The notes beneath the pieces are model-generated. The model searched no databases, was not told the DNA's origin, and saw only the letters and a list, made by a program, of their open reading frames with translations. A stretch of DNA of 62,934 bases, the filler included. It is 6 parts of 6 records of this genome, joined end to end, with 100 filler letters (N's around TTAATTAATTAA, not from the genome) between each part and the next. Parts side by side here need not be neighbours in the genome. Positions count along the whole stretch, not along the records: positions 18,011 to 23,942 come from SRR20825010_2652; positions 24,043 to 31,282 come from SRR20825010_2668; 4 more parts are not named here. One strand, written 5' to 3'. A program made the translations under genes and the position numbers. This document shows positions 18,263-27,498 of the stretch, one piece after another (positions within the stretch are counted from its first letter, which is position 1; every line of letters starts with the position of its first letter).

Positions 18263-18431
18263 AATGATATCTTCAAATTGGGTTTGGTAAAATGTCCAAT
18301 AGCCCTTATGTAAAGGATAGGTCTGTATAAGAAGTTAAAGGGTTAGTTGGTCAAGGTCCAGTATCTTATCAACCGCTCCACTTCTTGCGCGCCTGCTAGT
18401 TACATAGAAACTCTGTTAGGGATAAACAAGT

Positions 18432-18929
18432 TTGGCTTTATTGTTTTTGGCGGCCCTGATCGGTATTCCCCTGATCGAGATCCTGGTCTTCGTAAAAGTC
18501 GGCAGCGAAATCGGGGCGCTCAATACCGTCATCATCACCATCGTCACGGCGCTTATCGGCGTTTTCCTGATCCGGATACAGGGTCTTGGCGTGCTCATGC
18601 GCGCCCGCGCATCGCTGGATCGCCAGGAAACGCCCGTCAATGAAATCTTCGAAGGAATTTTTTTGGCGCTGGCTGGTCTGTTCCTGATAATTCCGGGCTT
18701 TGTCACCGATACGGTCGGCTTCCTGCTGTTGATCCCGCCCCTCCGTCGGGCGCTTGCCGCCTATATGGCGCAGCATTCGAATTTTGTTGCCACCAATATC
18801 CGACAGCCGGGGCGAAAAAGCGGCGGCACCGTTATTGACGGCGAATATGAAGTGATCGAGGAGGATCCGGCCACAATCGAAAACCGGAATGACCCGAACT
18901 CGGATAGCCCCTGGAAAAAAGAAAAGTAA
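18432..18929 (+). CDS. fxsA: FxsA family membrane protein
   Basis: IPLIEILVFVKVGSEIG, LIIPGFVTD, VIDGEYE. Confidence 0.92.
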   Translation: MALLFLAALIGIPLIEILVFVKVGSEIGALNTVIITIVTALIGVFLIRIQGLGVLMRARASLDRQETPVNEIFEGIFLALAGLFLIIPGFVTDTVGFLLLIPPLRRALAAYMAQHSNFVATNIRQPGRKSGGTVIDGEYEVIEEDPATIENRNDPNSDSPWKKEK

Positions 18930-19026
18930 TCGCTTCGGACTTGCCGGTTCGGCGCATCCATGATAGCCACTTTGGCAAAATCCCGCAGGCCGAGACGGCC
19001 CACATATTTATAGGAGTGACCCGTTC

Positions 19027-19527
19027 ATGTCAGATGAAGGAATCGAAGGAGCCGCCCCCGGCGGAGCAGAAGCCCAGACACAGCCTTCACTTGCGATTGT
19101 TCGCCAGTATGTGAAAGATATTTCCTTCGAGAACCCGAACGCGCCGGCCAGCCTCGATCCCGATAAGGGCCAGCCGCAGGTTGAGCTTGCGGTGAATATC
19201 CAGGCCCGCGCGGGCGGCAACGATCTTTATGAGGTGGAACTCCGCATTGAGGCGAAGGGCAATCATGGCGAAGAAGCAGCTTTCGTCGTCGAACTGGTCT
19301 ATGGCGGCCTGTTCATGCTTAAGAACTTTCCGGCGGATACCCTCGAAATGGTGTGCATGATTGAATGCCCGCGGCTTCTCTTCCCGTTTGCGCGGCGCGT
19401 AATTGCCGATGCCACGCGGGATGGCGGTTACTCACCGCTGATGCTCGATCCGATCGATTTCAACCGGTTGTATCAGGACCATAAAAGCCAGCTCGCCGCA
19501 CAGCAAATGCCCGCCGGGCACGCTTAA
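19027..19527 (+). CDS. secB: Protein-export chaperone SecB
   Basis: QYVKDISFENPNAP, CPRLLFPFAR, LDPIDF. Confidence 0.97.
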   Translation: MSDEGIEGAAPGGAEAQTQPSLAIVRQYVKDISFENPNAPASLDPDKGQPQVELAVNIQARAGGNDLYEVELRIEAKGNHGEEAAFVVELVYGGLFMLKNFPADTLEMVCMIECPRLLFPFARRVIADATRDGGYSPLMLDPIDFNRLYQDHKSQLAAQQMPAGHA

Positions 19528-19536
19528 TCCAGTCTT

Positions 19537-20208
19537 TTAGGACGACTGCCGCCAGATCGGATCCTTGATCTTTTCAAGGAAGGCGGCATGGGCCGCGCGT
19601 TCCGCCTCGCTCGCATCATGCGGGCGCGGGGCGCGGACTTTTTTCGCAATGTTCGAGACCATGGCAGCGCCGCTATCCTCCAGCGACAGCCCGCGCTGCC
19701 GCCCGCCGATCAGCTCCAGATAGACTTCCGCCAGCAATTCCGCATCGAGAAGCGCGCCATGCTTGGTTCGCGCCGAGTTATCAATGCCAAAACGACGGCA
19801 AAGCGCATCGAGATTGGCCTGCGCCCCCGGAAATTTACGCCGCGCCATAGCGACAGTATCAATGCTCTGGGTCATGGGAAGGGTCGGGCGGCCGAGGAGA
19901 GCCAGTTCGGCGTTCAAAAACTTCATATCGAACGACGCGTTGTGAATAACGAGTTTGTCGTCCCTGATAAAATCGAGGAATTCATCCATTTCCTCAGCGA
20001 TGACCTTGTGGCCTCTTAGAAATTCCGCGCTAAGGCCATGCACCTTGAAGGCCGCCTCGGGCATATCGCGCTCCGGATTGATATAGCGGTGATAGGTTTC
20101 GCCGGTCGGGATATGATTGTAGAGCTCGATACAGCCAATCTCGACAATCCTGTCTCCGTCCGCAGGTTCAAACCCCGTTGTTTCTGTATCGAGGACGATT
20201 TCACGCAT
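19537..20208 (-). CDS. dnaQ: DNA polymerase III epsilon subunit
   Basis: [28 protein letters not shown]. Confidence 0.97.
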   Translation of the reverse strand: MREIVLDTETTGFEPADGDRIVEIGCIELYNHIPTGETYHRYINPERDMPEAAFKVHGLSAEFLRGHKVIAEEMDEFLDFIRDDKLVIHNASFDMKFLNAELALLGRPTLPMTQSIDTVAMARRKFPGAQANLDALCRRFGIDNSARTKHGALLDAELLAEVYLELIGGRQRGLSLEDSGAAMVSNIAKKVRAPRPHDASEAERAAHAAFLEKIKDPIWRQSS

Positions 20209-20791
20209 CTTTTAACTGCTCCACCAGTTCCTTTATCTGCTCGAAAGTCTCCTCCATGCTGCAATGGGTGTCGATAACAAAATCCGCCTTTTCGCGCTTT
20301 ACTGCATCATCGACCTGCCGGGCGAGAATGGCTTCGAACTTTTCCGCTGTCATCTCCGGCCGGTCCAGCACCCGCGACCGCTGCACATGGGCAGGTGCGG
20401 AGACAACAACGATCTTATGCACCCGGTCTTCGCCGCCCGTCTCGAATATCAACGGAATATCCAGCACGACGAGGCTATGGCCCTCTTTTTGCGCTTTCTC
20501 GAAAAAGGCCGCGCGTCCATCAGAGAGAAGCGGATGAATGACCTTTTCGAGTCGCTCGATCTCCGCGTCATTCCCAACAACGAGTTTGCTGAGCCGTTGG
20601 CGGTCCACCTGATCATCAACCACGGCATCGGAAAAGGCCGCGCGGATGGGCTCAACGCCCGCACCGCCCTTGGCATAGAGCTTGTGTATTTCCGCATCGG
20701 CGTCATAGACGGGAATGCCGAGTTTGCGAAACATCCCGGCAACGGTTGACTTTCCCATGCCGATAGATCCGGTCAGGCCCACAAGCAACAT
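20201..20791 (-). CDS. coaE: Dephospho-CoA kinase
   Basis: [13 protein letters not shown]-loop, LDIPLIFE. Confidence 0.96.
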   Translation of the reverse strand: MLLVGLTGSIGMGKSTVAGMFRKLGIPVYDADAEIHKLYAKGGAGVEPIRAAFSDAVVDDQVDRQRLSKLVVGNDAEIERLEKVIHPLLSDGRAAFFEKAQKEGHSLVVLDIPLIFETGGEDRVHKIVVVSAPAHVQRSRVLDRPEMTAEKFEAILARQVDDAVKREKADFVIDTHCSMEETFEQIKELVEQLKDA

Positions 20792-20792
20792 A

Positions 20793-21659
20793 TTATTTCC
20801 CTTTCAATCCATCCAGCACATGGCGGCGCAAATCTTCGTCCACTTCCGGTGTTACGCCGAACCAGGCCTCAAATCCCGCTTTTGCCTGATGCAGCAACAT
20901 GCCGAGGCCGTCAATCGCGATATTTCCCTGTCTCCGCGCCCGTTTCAACAGATCCGTCTCCAACGGGACATAGACAATATCGCTGACGATTGCCGTCTTT
21001 TTCAAGCCCCCGAGCGAGATTTCAAGCGGCGGCTGTCCGGTCATACCAAGACTGGTGCAATTGACCAGGATATCCGACCCCTCCATTAGGGAGGAACGAC
21101 GATCCCAAGGACCAACGCGGGCAATGTCACCTATATGCGCGGCAAGGGTTTCCGCCCGCGCTTCCGATCGATTGCAGATGATGATTTTCGCCACACCGAG
21201 ATCACTCAGCGCGACGGCAATGGCCCGCGAGGCACCGCCCGCGCCCAATATAAGCGCCGTTCCACCCGATAGCGTCGAGACGTCTATTTTCTCAGCAAGC
21301 GAGTCGGTAAACCCGATCCCGTCCGTGTTCCGTCCGGTCAAACGACCGTCCTCACCTACCACAATGGTGTTGACTGCACCGATCCGTTTGGCGGAAGGAT
21401 CGAGGATATCGACAACCTCAAACGCGGTTTCTTTAAGCGGGATGGTGAGGTTAGTGCCCCGGAAAACACCGCCTTCCGCCGCGCAGTCGTCTTTTAACTG
21501 TGCAAAAGTCGCGCGAAGGTCTTCGGGTTTCACCGGCCAGGCACGATAGTCCGCATTAAGACCGTATTTCTCGATCCAGTAGCCATGCAGACGCGGGGAG
21601 AGGGAATGGCTGATCGGCCAGCCCATCACACCGGCGGTTTTTCTCTTTTCATCCGTCAT
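20793..21659 (-). CDS. aroE: Shikimate dehydrogenase
   Basis: [38 protein letters not shown]. Confidence 0.96.
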   Translation of the reverse strand: MTDEKRKTAGVMGWPISHSLSPRLHGYWIEKYGLNADYRAWPVKPEDLRATFAQLKDDCAAEGGVFRGTNLTIPLKETAFEVVDILDPSAKRIGAVNTIVVGEDGRLTGRNTDGIGFTDSLAEKIDVSTLSGGTALILGAGGASRAIAVALSDLGVAKIIICNRSEARAETLAAHIGDIARVGPWDRRSSLMEGSDILVNCTSLGMTGQPPLEISLGGLKKTAIVSDIVYVPLETDLLKRARRQGNIAIDGLGMLLHQAKAGFEAWFGVTPEVDEDLRRHVLDGLKGK

Positions 21660-22261
21660 GCAGATATCCCGACTTTATGGCCGCGCAGGAAATCCAGCAG
21701 CGGCAGGAGCGGCAGCCCGAGGATGGAGAAGAAATCTCCCTCAACCTTCGCAAAAAGATGCGCACCCAGTCGCTCCAGCTGATAGGCCCCGACGGAGGTG
21801 AGAATATCCTCTCCCGCACGCGCAAGATAGTTCTCCAGAAAAGCCTCATCAAAATGGCGCATGGTCAGCCGCGCCTCATCCACATGACGCCAGAGGACCG
21901 CTCCGCCCTTGGCAACGCAAACTGCATTGGCAAGGCGATGGGTCTTTCCGCGCAAACTGAGAAGATGCGCCCGCGCATGATCCATATCGACGGGCTTGTC
22001 GAACCAGATGTCGTTGCAGTCAAGGATCTGGTCCGCGCCAATGACAAAACCTTCCGGTATCTGCCGGGACACGCGGGAGGCTTTGAGTTCAGCCAATGCC
22101 ACTGCCGTATCGGACGCGGGCGCCCCGGCGCCCCGCATGGCGTGCTTAACCTCATCTTCATCGACATTTGCGGGCAGAATATGAAATTCGAGTCCGGCGC
22201 GCTTCAATATCCGCGCACGAGACGGGCTTTGCGATGCCAGGACAAGCTCGGTCTCGGTCAC
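21656..22261 (-). CDS. maf: Maf-family nucleotide pyrophosphatase
   Basis: LVLASQSPSR, IGADQ, GDFFSILGLP. Confidence 0.93.
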   Translation of the reverse strand: MTETELVLASQSPSRARILKRAGLEFHILPANVDEDEVKHAMRGAGAPASDTAVALAELKASRVSRQIPEGFVIGADQILDCNDIWFDKPVDMDHARAHLLSLRGKTHRLANAVCVAKGGAVLWRHVDEARLTMRHFDEAFLENYLARAGEDILTSVGAYQLERLGAHLFAKVEGDFFSILGLPLLPLLDFLRGHKVGISA

Positions 22262-23091
22262 AGCATTCTGTCCCGGGTTTCTTCCTTGCGGCGGTTATAG
22301 AGGGTGATGATCTGCGCGGCGGTTTCCTCCACCGACCGGCGGGAGACATCGATAATCGGCCATCCTTCACGGGTGCAGAGCTTGCGCGCGAAAATCACCT
22401 CTTCCTTGATCCGCTCGCGGTCCACATAGTCCGTATCGACCTTCTGATTGAGGCTGAGCAGGCGGTTCTTGCGGATCTGGGACAATCGGTCCGGGCTTGT
22501 TGTCAGACCAACGACCATTGTCCTCTTGTTGAGACTAAAAAGGGAGTCCGGCAGGGGAATGCTGGGCACGATTGGAATATTTGCCGTTTTATAGCCGCGA
22601 TGCGCGAGATAGAAAGATGTTGGTGTTTTCGACGTGCGCGACACCCCGACAAGGACGATCTGTGCTTCATAGAGATCATCGGTCATCTGGCCATCATCAT
22701 GGGCCATGGTGAAGTTCAATGCCTCAATCCGGCCGAAATAGTTCTTGTCCAGCATATGCTGCCGACCGGGCAGGCGACGGATTTCCTGGCCCAGGAAATT
22801 TGAAAATGCTGCCAGCACCGGATCGAGCACAGAGACGCAAGGCACGCCGACGCGCTGACATCCCAGTTCCAGCACATCGCGCATTTCCTTGCTGACCAGC
22901 GTATAAAGAACCAGACCCGGCTTTTTCACAATGGATTCAAGGATATCGTCCAGTTGCCGGACGGTCCGCGTCAAAGTCCAGACATGCTCGACGGGGGAAA
23001 TCCCCTCAAACTGGACCAGCGCGGCCTTGGTCATGGATTGCAAGGTTTCCCCGGTCGAATCCGATACCAGATGAAGATGAAATTGGTCCAT
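22258..23091 (-). CDS. Pyruvate, phosphate/water dikinase regulatory kinase-pyrophosphorylase (DUF299)
   Basis: HLVSDSTGET, HDDG, GVSRTSKTPT, SVEETAA. Start placed at ATG 23091. Confidence 0.93.
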   Translation of the reverse strand: MDQFHLHLVSDSTGETLQSMTKAALVQFEGISPVEHVWTLTRTVRQLDDILESIVKKPGLVLYTLVSKEMRDVLELGCQRVGVPCVSVLDPVLAAFSNFLGQEIRRLPGRQHMLDKNYFGRIEALNFTMAHDDGQMTDDLYEAQIVLVGVSRTSKTPTSFYLAHRGYKTANIPIVPSIPLPDSLFSLNKRTMVVGLTTSPDRLSQIRKNRLLSLNQKVDTDYVDRERIKEEVIFARKLCTREGWPIIDVSRRSVEETAAQIITLYNRRKEETRDRML

Positions 23092-23094
23092 ATG

Positions 23095-23475
23095 GCTGCT
23101 TGGGTTTCCTGTGAGTAATGTGAATAACAGGGATAACATGGCTCTCCGGGAAAACCCAAAATTTTTCTCCCCACTCGGGCTTTTTTTAGACCGCTATTTG
23201 TCCGGCTGTGGGAAAAGAAAAATCGTCCGTCCGAAAAACGGGTATATTTTAGAGATTGACCTGAAAAAAATAACTTATCCCCGTAATCCCCTATTTTTAT
23301 ATGAGCCAAAGGACGCCTTTTCCCGTAGATATCAACAAATACGCGAAAGGTTGGTTTTTATCCCCAGAATTTCTATAAAGGACGGGGATAAGATTTAATC
23401 CCCGTTACACACCGCATACAACAACAACTACCACCTTTTATTTAAATATATTATTTAAAGGGATAAGATTCCGGG
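23095..23475. other. Probable chromosomal replication origin (oriC)
   Basis: hemE/DUF299 intergenic position. About ten DnaA-box-like 9-mers (TGTGAATAA, TGTGAGTAA, TTATCCCCA, TTATCCCCG, CGGGGATAA and others), a trinucleotide run at 23417-23434 and an A/T-only tract at 23436-23459. Confidence 0.8.
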
Positions 23476-23486
23476 AAGGAAGAGAC

Positions 23487-23942
23487 GTGAAAGTTTCAAC
23501 AAACAAGCCCCTGCTGAAAAGCCTGTCAGGGGAAGTACAAGCAAGACCACCTTTCTGGCTAATGCGTCAGGCAGGTCGCTATCTTCCTGAATATCGCGCA
23601 ACCCGGGCCGATGCCGGTAACTTTCTTGATCTTTGCTATAATCCGGCCCTTGCCGAGGAAGTCACATTACAGCCTCTTCGTCGTTACGGCATGGATGCGG
23701 CTATCCTTTTTGCGGATATCCTCCTCATCCCGCATGCGCTTGGTCAGCCGCTTGCCTACAAGGAAGGCGAGGGACCGGTGCTTGATCCTGTCCACAGCGC
23801 CAAAGAGCTTGGCAAGCTGGATGTAACGGCCATTCATAAAACCCTCGATCCCGTTTATGAGACCGTTGGACGTTTGAGCCAGTCAATCCCGAAAGACTGC
23901 ACGCTTATCGGCTTTGCCGGAGCCCCTTGGACTGTCGCGACC
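23487..23942 (+). CDS. hemE: Uroporphyrinogen decarboxylase (truncated by the gap)
   Basis: [35 protein letters not shown]. Confidence 0.97.
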
Positions 23943-24042
23943 NNNNNNNNNNNNNNNNNNNNNNNNNNNNNNNNNNNNNNNNNNNNTTAATTAATTAANN
24001 NNNNNNNNNNNNNNNNNNNNNNNNNNNNNNNNNNNNNNNNNN
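23943..24042. other. Artificial contig spacer
   Basis: N44-TTAATTAATTAA-N44. Confidence 0.99.
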
Positions 24043-24069
24043 GATGCTCGGGTCAAGCCCGAGCATGAC
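24043..24069. repeat. REP-like palindromic repeat (Rhizobiales type) at the contig edge
   Basis: ATGCTCGGG-TCAAG-CCCGAGCAT-GAC, a perfect 9-bp stem. Confidence 0.7.
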
Positions 24070-24231
24070 CCGGAGGTTTGGAGGTCGTTTGTCGGACATC
24101 CGACAGCGTCCTTCCGCGCCCCTTCCGCATTTCAGCGGCCTCGCGCTTGACCGGGCCGTATCGGCCGGCCGGCGAATTTGCTTTCACTCTCGCGCCGCCG
24201 CTGCCTATAACGATTTCCTTCAGCCGCAGGA

Positions 24232-25104
24232 ATGATGCCGCCTACAGGAACGGAAATGACGCGCCAGAGCAACGATGCCATGGACCATCTGATGTCGGAG
24301 GAGATGCCCTCCGATTCCAGGCAGGCCCGCCAACTCGCCCGCCGCCAGTTGATCACCGAAACCGTGATGCTGGAAGGGCCGATGCGGATCGAGGACCTGA
24401 CCGAGCGTTTCGGCATCAGCCTGATGACGGCGCATCGCGACCTCGATGACCTGGTGAGCCGTGGCCTGCTGCGCAAGAACCGCGGCTCGGTATCGGCAGC
24501 GCCGACAAGCCTGATCGAAGCAAGCGACGTCTATCGCTCCAGCCGCCAGTCCCCCGAAAAGACCGCGATCGCCGCCGCCGCCGCAGAGTTCATCGAGCCG
24601 GGCCAGGCGATCTTCATGGATGATTCCACCACCGTGCTCCACATGGTGCCGCATCTGCAGGCCCACGCACCGCTGACGGTGATCACCAATTCGCTGACGA
24701 TGATGAACGAGTTGCGCGGCGTGCGCGACATCACGCTGCTGGCGCTTGGCGGCGAGTTCCGCAACTGGTGCAACGCGTTTCTGGGGCGCATGACCACCAA
24801 CGAGATCGCCAATCTGCGCGCCGATACCGTATTCCTGTCGATGGCGGCGATCACCGACGACATGGTGTTTCACCAGTCCTCGGAGATGATCGACGCCAAG
24901 CGCGCCATGCTGGATGCCGCCTCGAAGCGCATTCTTCTGGCCGATCACACCAAGTTCGAGCGCCGCGCGCTTCACAGCCTTGCCGCCCTTTCCGATTTCG
25001 ACATCGTTATTGTCGATGACGCGACGCCGCCCGCCCATATCAAGCGGATGCACGCCAAGGGCATCAACGTCGTCGTCGCGCCCCGCAAGCCGACAAACAG
25101 GTGA
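24232..25104 (+). CDS. DeoR/GlpR-family regulator
   Basis: ISLMTAHRDL HTH, IFMDDSTT, TVITNS, LLADHTKF. The true start may be later (24256-24292). Confidence 0.92.
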   Translation: MMPPTGTEMTRQSNDAMDHLMSEEMPSDSRQARQLARRQLITETVMLEGPMRIEDLTERFGISLMTAHRDLDDLVSRGLLRKNRGSVSAAPTSLIEASDVYRSSRQSPEKTAIAAAAAEFIEPGQAIFMDDSTTVLHMVPHLQAHAPLTVITNSLTMMNELRGVRDITLLALGGEFRNWCNAFLGRMTTNEIANLRADTVFLSMAAITDDMVFHQSSEMIDAKRAMLDAASKRILLADHTKFERRALHSLAALSDFDIVIVDDATPPAHIKRMHAKGINVVVAPRKPTNR

Positions 25105-25114
25105 AATGATATAA

Positions 25115-25153
25115 TTGACTCCATGTAACGCTCTTTGATATTAACTTATCAAA
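25115..25153 (+). promoter_or_regulatory. sigma70-like promoter overlapped by a palindromic operator
   Basis: TTGACT -35 at 25115-25120. TTTGATA-N6-TATCAAA inverted repeat (25134-25153) covers the -10 region in an AT-rich gap. Confidence 0.55.
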
Positions 25154-25195
25154 TTATTCCGTTAATTTTGGCCGATACGGCCATCGGAGCGCTAC

Positions 25196-26725
25196 ATGCC
25201 CAGCCTTCTTGGAATCGATAACGGGCTGACGGTCACCAAGGCCGTGCTGTTCGACATGGACGGCACGGTGCTTTCCGTCGCCCGAAGACGCGTCCCGCAA
25301 TCAATGCCCCAGGCACGCTTTGTCGAGCGTGACATGGACGGGCTCTGGCGCGCCACCGCCGAGGCGATTGCCGAGGCTGTTTCGCTCAGCGGCCGCCCGG
25401 CCTCCGATATCGCCGCCATCGCCGCTACCGCCCATGGCGACGGGCTTTACCTGCTCGACAGAGACAACAAACCGCTCGGCCCCGGCATCCTTTCGCTCGA
25501 CAGCCGCGCCGGCGACATCATCGCGGACTGGGAGAAGGACGGCATTGCCGACCGGGCGCTTTCGCTGACCGGACAGAGGCCGCATCTCTCCGCCCCATCG
25601 GCGCTGCTCGCCTGGATCAGGCGTCACCAGCCGGAGCGCTATGACCGGATCGGCGCGGTTCTCGGCTGCAAGGACTGGCTGACCTTCTGCCTGACCGGCC
25701 ATGTCGGCACCGACCGCACCGAGGCCAGCACCGCGTTCACCGATGTCCAAACCCAGGACTATTCGCGTGCCGCGGCCGAACTCTACGGCCTCGAGCGGAT
25801 TTTCGACAGGCTCGCGCCGAGCGCGCATTCCGCCGCCGTCATCGGGCATGTCAGCGATGAGGCCGCCCGCGCGGCCGGGCTTGCCGCCGGCACGCCGGTG
25901 GCAGCCGGCCTGCACGACGTAACGGCCTCCGCGCTTGGCATCGGCGCGCATAAAAGCGGCGTCATGGGCGTCGTTGCCGGGACCTATTCGATCAACGAGA
26001 TCGTCACCGACAAACCGCTCACCGATCCGCGCTGGTTCTGCCGCAACGCCATCGAACCCGGCCAATGGAACGCGATGTCGATTTCGCCGGCTTCGGCTGC
26101 AAATTACGACTGGTTCCTTGATACGCTCTGCCAGGGCGAACACGACAAGGCCAATGACGGCGGCCCGCCGATCCACCAGACCCTTGCCGCTGAGATCGAC
26201 GCGGCGATCGCGCGCCCCTCCAGCGTGCTGTTCCACCCCTATCTCTTCGGTTCGCCCCATGGCGGCCAGAGCAGCGGTTCCTTCGTCGGCCTGCACGGCT
26301 GGCACGATCGCGGCGACATGCTGAAGGCGGTTCTCGAAGGCATCGCCTTCAACCATCGCGAACATGTCGACGCGCTCGGCGACGGATTTTCCCATGCCGA
26401 AGTGCGGCTGACCGGCGGCGTGTCGCGCAATTCATCGTTTGCGCAGATGTTTGCCGACATCCTCGACAACCCCGTCACCGTGACCGCGACCGAGGAAGCC
26501 GCCGCATGGGGGGCCGCCCTTTGCGCAGGTGCCGCCATCGGCCTTTACAAGAGCCCGACCGACGACCCGCGCGATCTCGACGCGATCAGCCGGACATTCC
26601 GGCCCGATGCCGGACGTGCTGCGGCCTATGATCACCGTTTCGCCGTCTATCGGCAGATATCGGAAGCGCTGAGGCCGCACTGGCCGGCGCTGGAAGCCCT
26701 CGGCGACAGGGAGCGCGGACAATGA
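25196..26725 (+). CDS. FGGY-family carbohydrate kinase (L-xylulokinase-like)
   Basis: LLGIDNGLTVTKA, TAHGDGLYLLD, AVLEGIAF, LTGG, AWGAALCAG. Confidence 0.9.
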   Translation: MPSLLGIDNGLTVTKAVLFDMDGTVLSVARRRVPQSMPQARFVERDMDGLWRATAEAIAEAVSLSGRPASDIAAIAATAHGDGLYLLDRDNKPLGPGILSLDSRAGDIIADWEKDGIADRALSLTGQRPHLSAPSALLAWIRRHQPERYDRIGAVLGCKDWLTFCLTGHVGTDRTEASTAFTDVQTQDYSRAAAELYGLERIFDRLAPSAHSAAVIGHVSDEAARAAGLAAGTPVAAGLHDVTASALGIGAHKSGVMGVVAGTYSINEIVTDKPLTDPRWFCRNAIEPGQWNAMSISPASAANYDWFLDTLCQGEHDKANDGGPPIHQTLAAEIDAAIARPSSVLFHPYLFGSPHGGQSSGSFVGLHGWHDRGDMLKAVLEGIAFNHREHVDALGDGFSHAEVRLTGGVSRNSSFAQMFADILDNPVTVTATEEAAAWGAALCAGAAIGLYKSPTDDPRDLDAISRTFRPDAGRAAAYDHRFAVYRQISEALRPHWPALEALGDRERGQ

Positions 26726-27498
26726 TCAAGGCCGACAACCGACGCGAGGAAATCGCGGATTACGTGATCGCCCATGGTCAGGTGCGCATCGACAAGCTTG
26801 TCGAACATTTCGGCGTGTCGCGGATGACCATTCACCGCCATATCGATCAGCTCGCCGCCAAGGGCGTTCTGCGCAAGCTTCATGGCGCGGTCAGCGCCCA
26901 GCCCTCCGGGATCTATGAAAGCCTCCACCGCTACCGCGCGACCGTCGCGACCGCCGAAAAGCAGGCGCTGGCCAGGGCGGCGCTGGCCCATATCGAACCC
27001 GGTCAGGTGATCTTTCTGGACGATTCCACCACCGCCGGCGCGATCGCGCCGTTCCTCAACGATATCGACCCGCTGACGGTGATCTCCAACAGCGTGGCGG
27101 TCGCCAACGCGCTCGTCGATGCCGATGTGGTCGACTTCATCTGCCTCGGCGGACAATACCACCGCACCTACAACGCCTATATCGATCACATCTGCCTGCG
27201 CGCGATCGAGGCCTTGCGGGCCGATCTGCTGATCTGTTCGGCATCGGCGATCGAGGGCACGACCGCCTTCATCCAGGACCAGCAGGTCGCGCGCGTCAAG
27301 CAGACCATGGTCGCCTCCGCCGGCAAATCCATCCTGCTGGCCGACCACACCAAATTCGGCAAGGTCGCCCTCCATGTGTTCGACGACCTCACCGCCTTCG
27401 ACACCGTGATCGTGACCGACGGCCTCGATCCGGGCGAGGTCGAACGACTGCGCGCGGCAGGCGTCAATCTCCAGATCGTGAAAGGTCCATCCCGATGA
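26722..27498 (+). CDS. DeoR/GlpR-family regulator (second copy)
   Basis: VSRMTIHR, IFLDDSTT, LLADHTKFG. ATGA overlap with the kinase. Confidence 0.92.
   Translation: MIKADNRREEIADYVIAHGQVRIDKLVEHFGVSRMTIHRHIDQLAAKGVLRKLHGAVSAQPSGIYESLHRYRATVATAEKQALARAALAHIEPGQVIFLDDSTTAGAIAPFLNDIDPLTVISNSVAVANALVDADVVDFICLGGQYHRTYNAYIDHICLRAIEALRADLLICSASAIEGTTAFIQDQQVARVKQTMVASAGKSILLADHTKFGKVALHVFDDLTAFDTVIVTDGLDPGEVERLRAAGVNLQIVKGPSR

Noticed and set aside
23111-23398. Small ORFs in the hemE upstream region
   Set aside because: They overlap the DnaA-box cluster, have no motifs, and are better explained as oriC.
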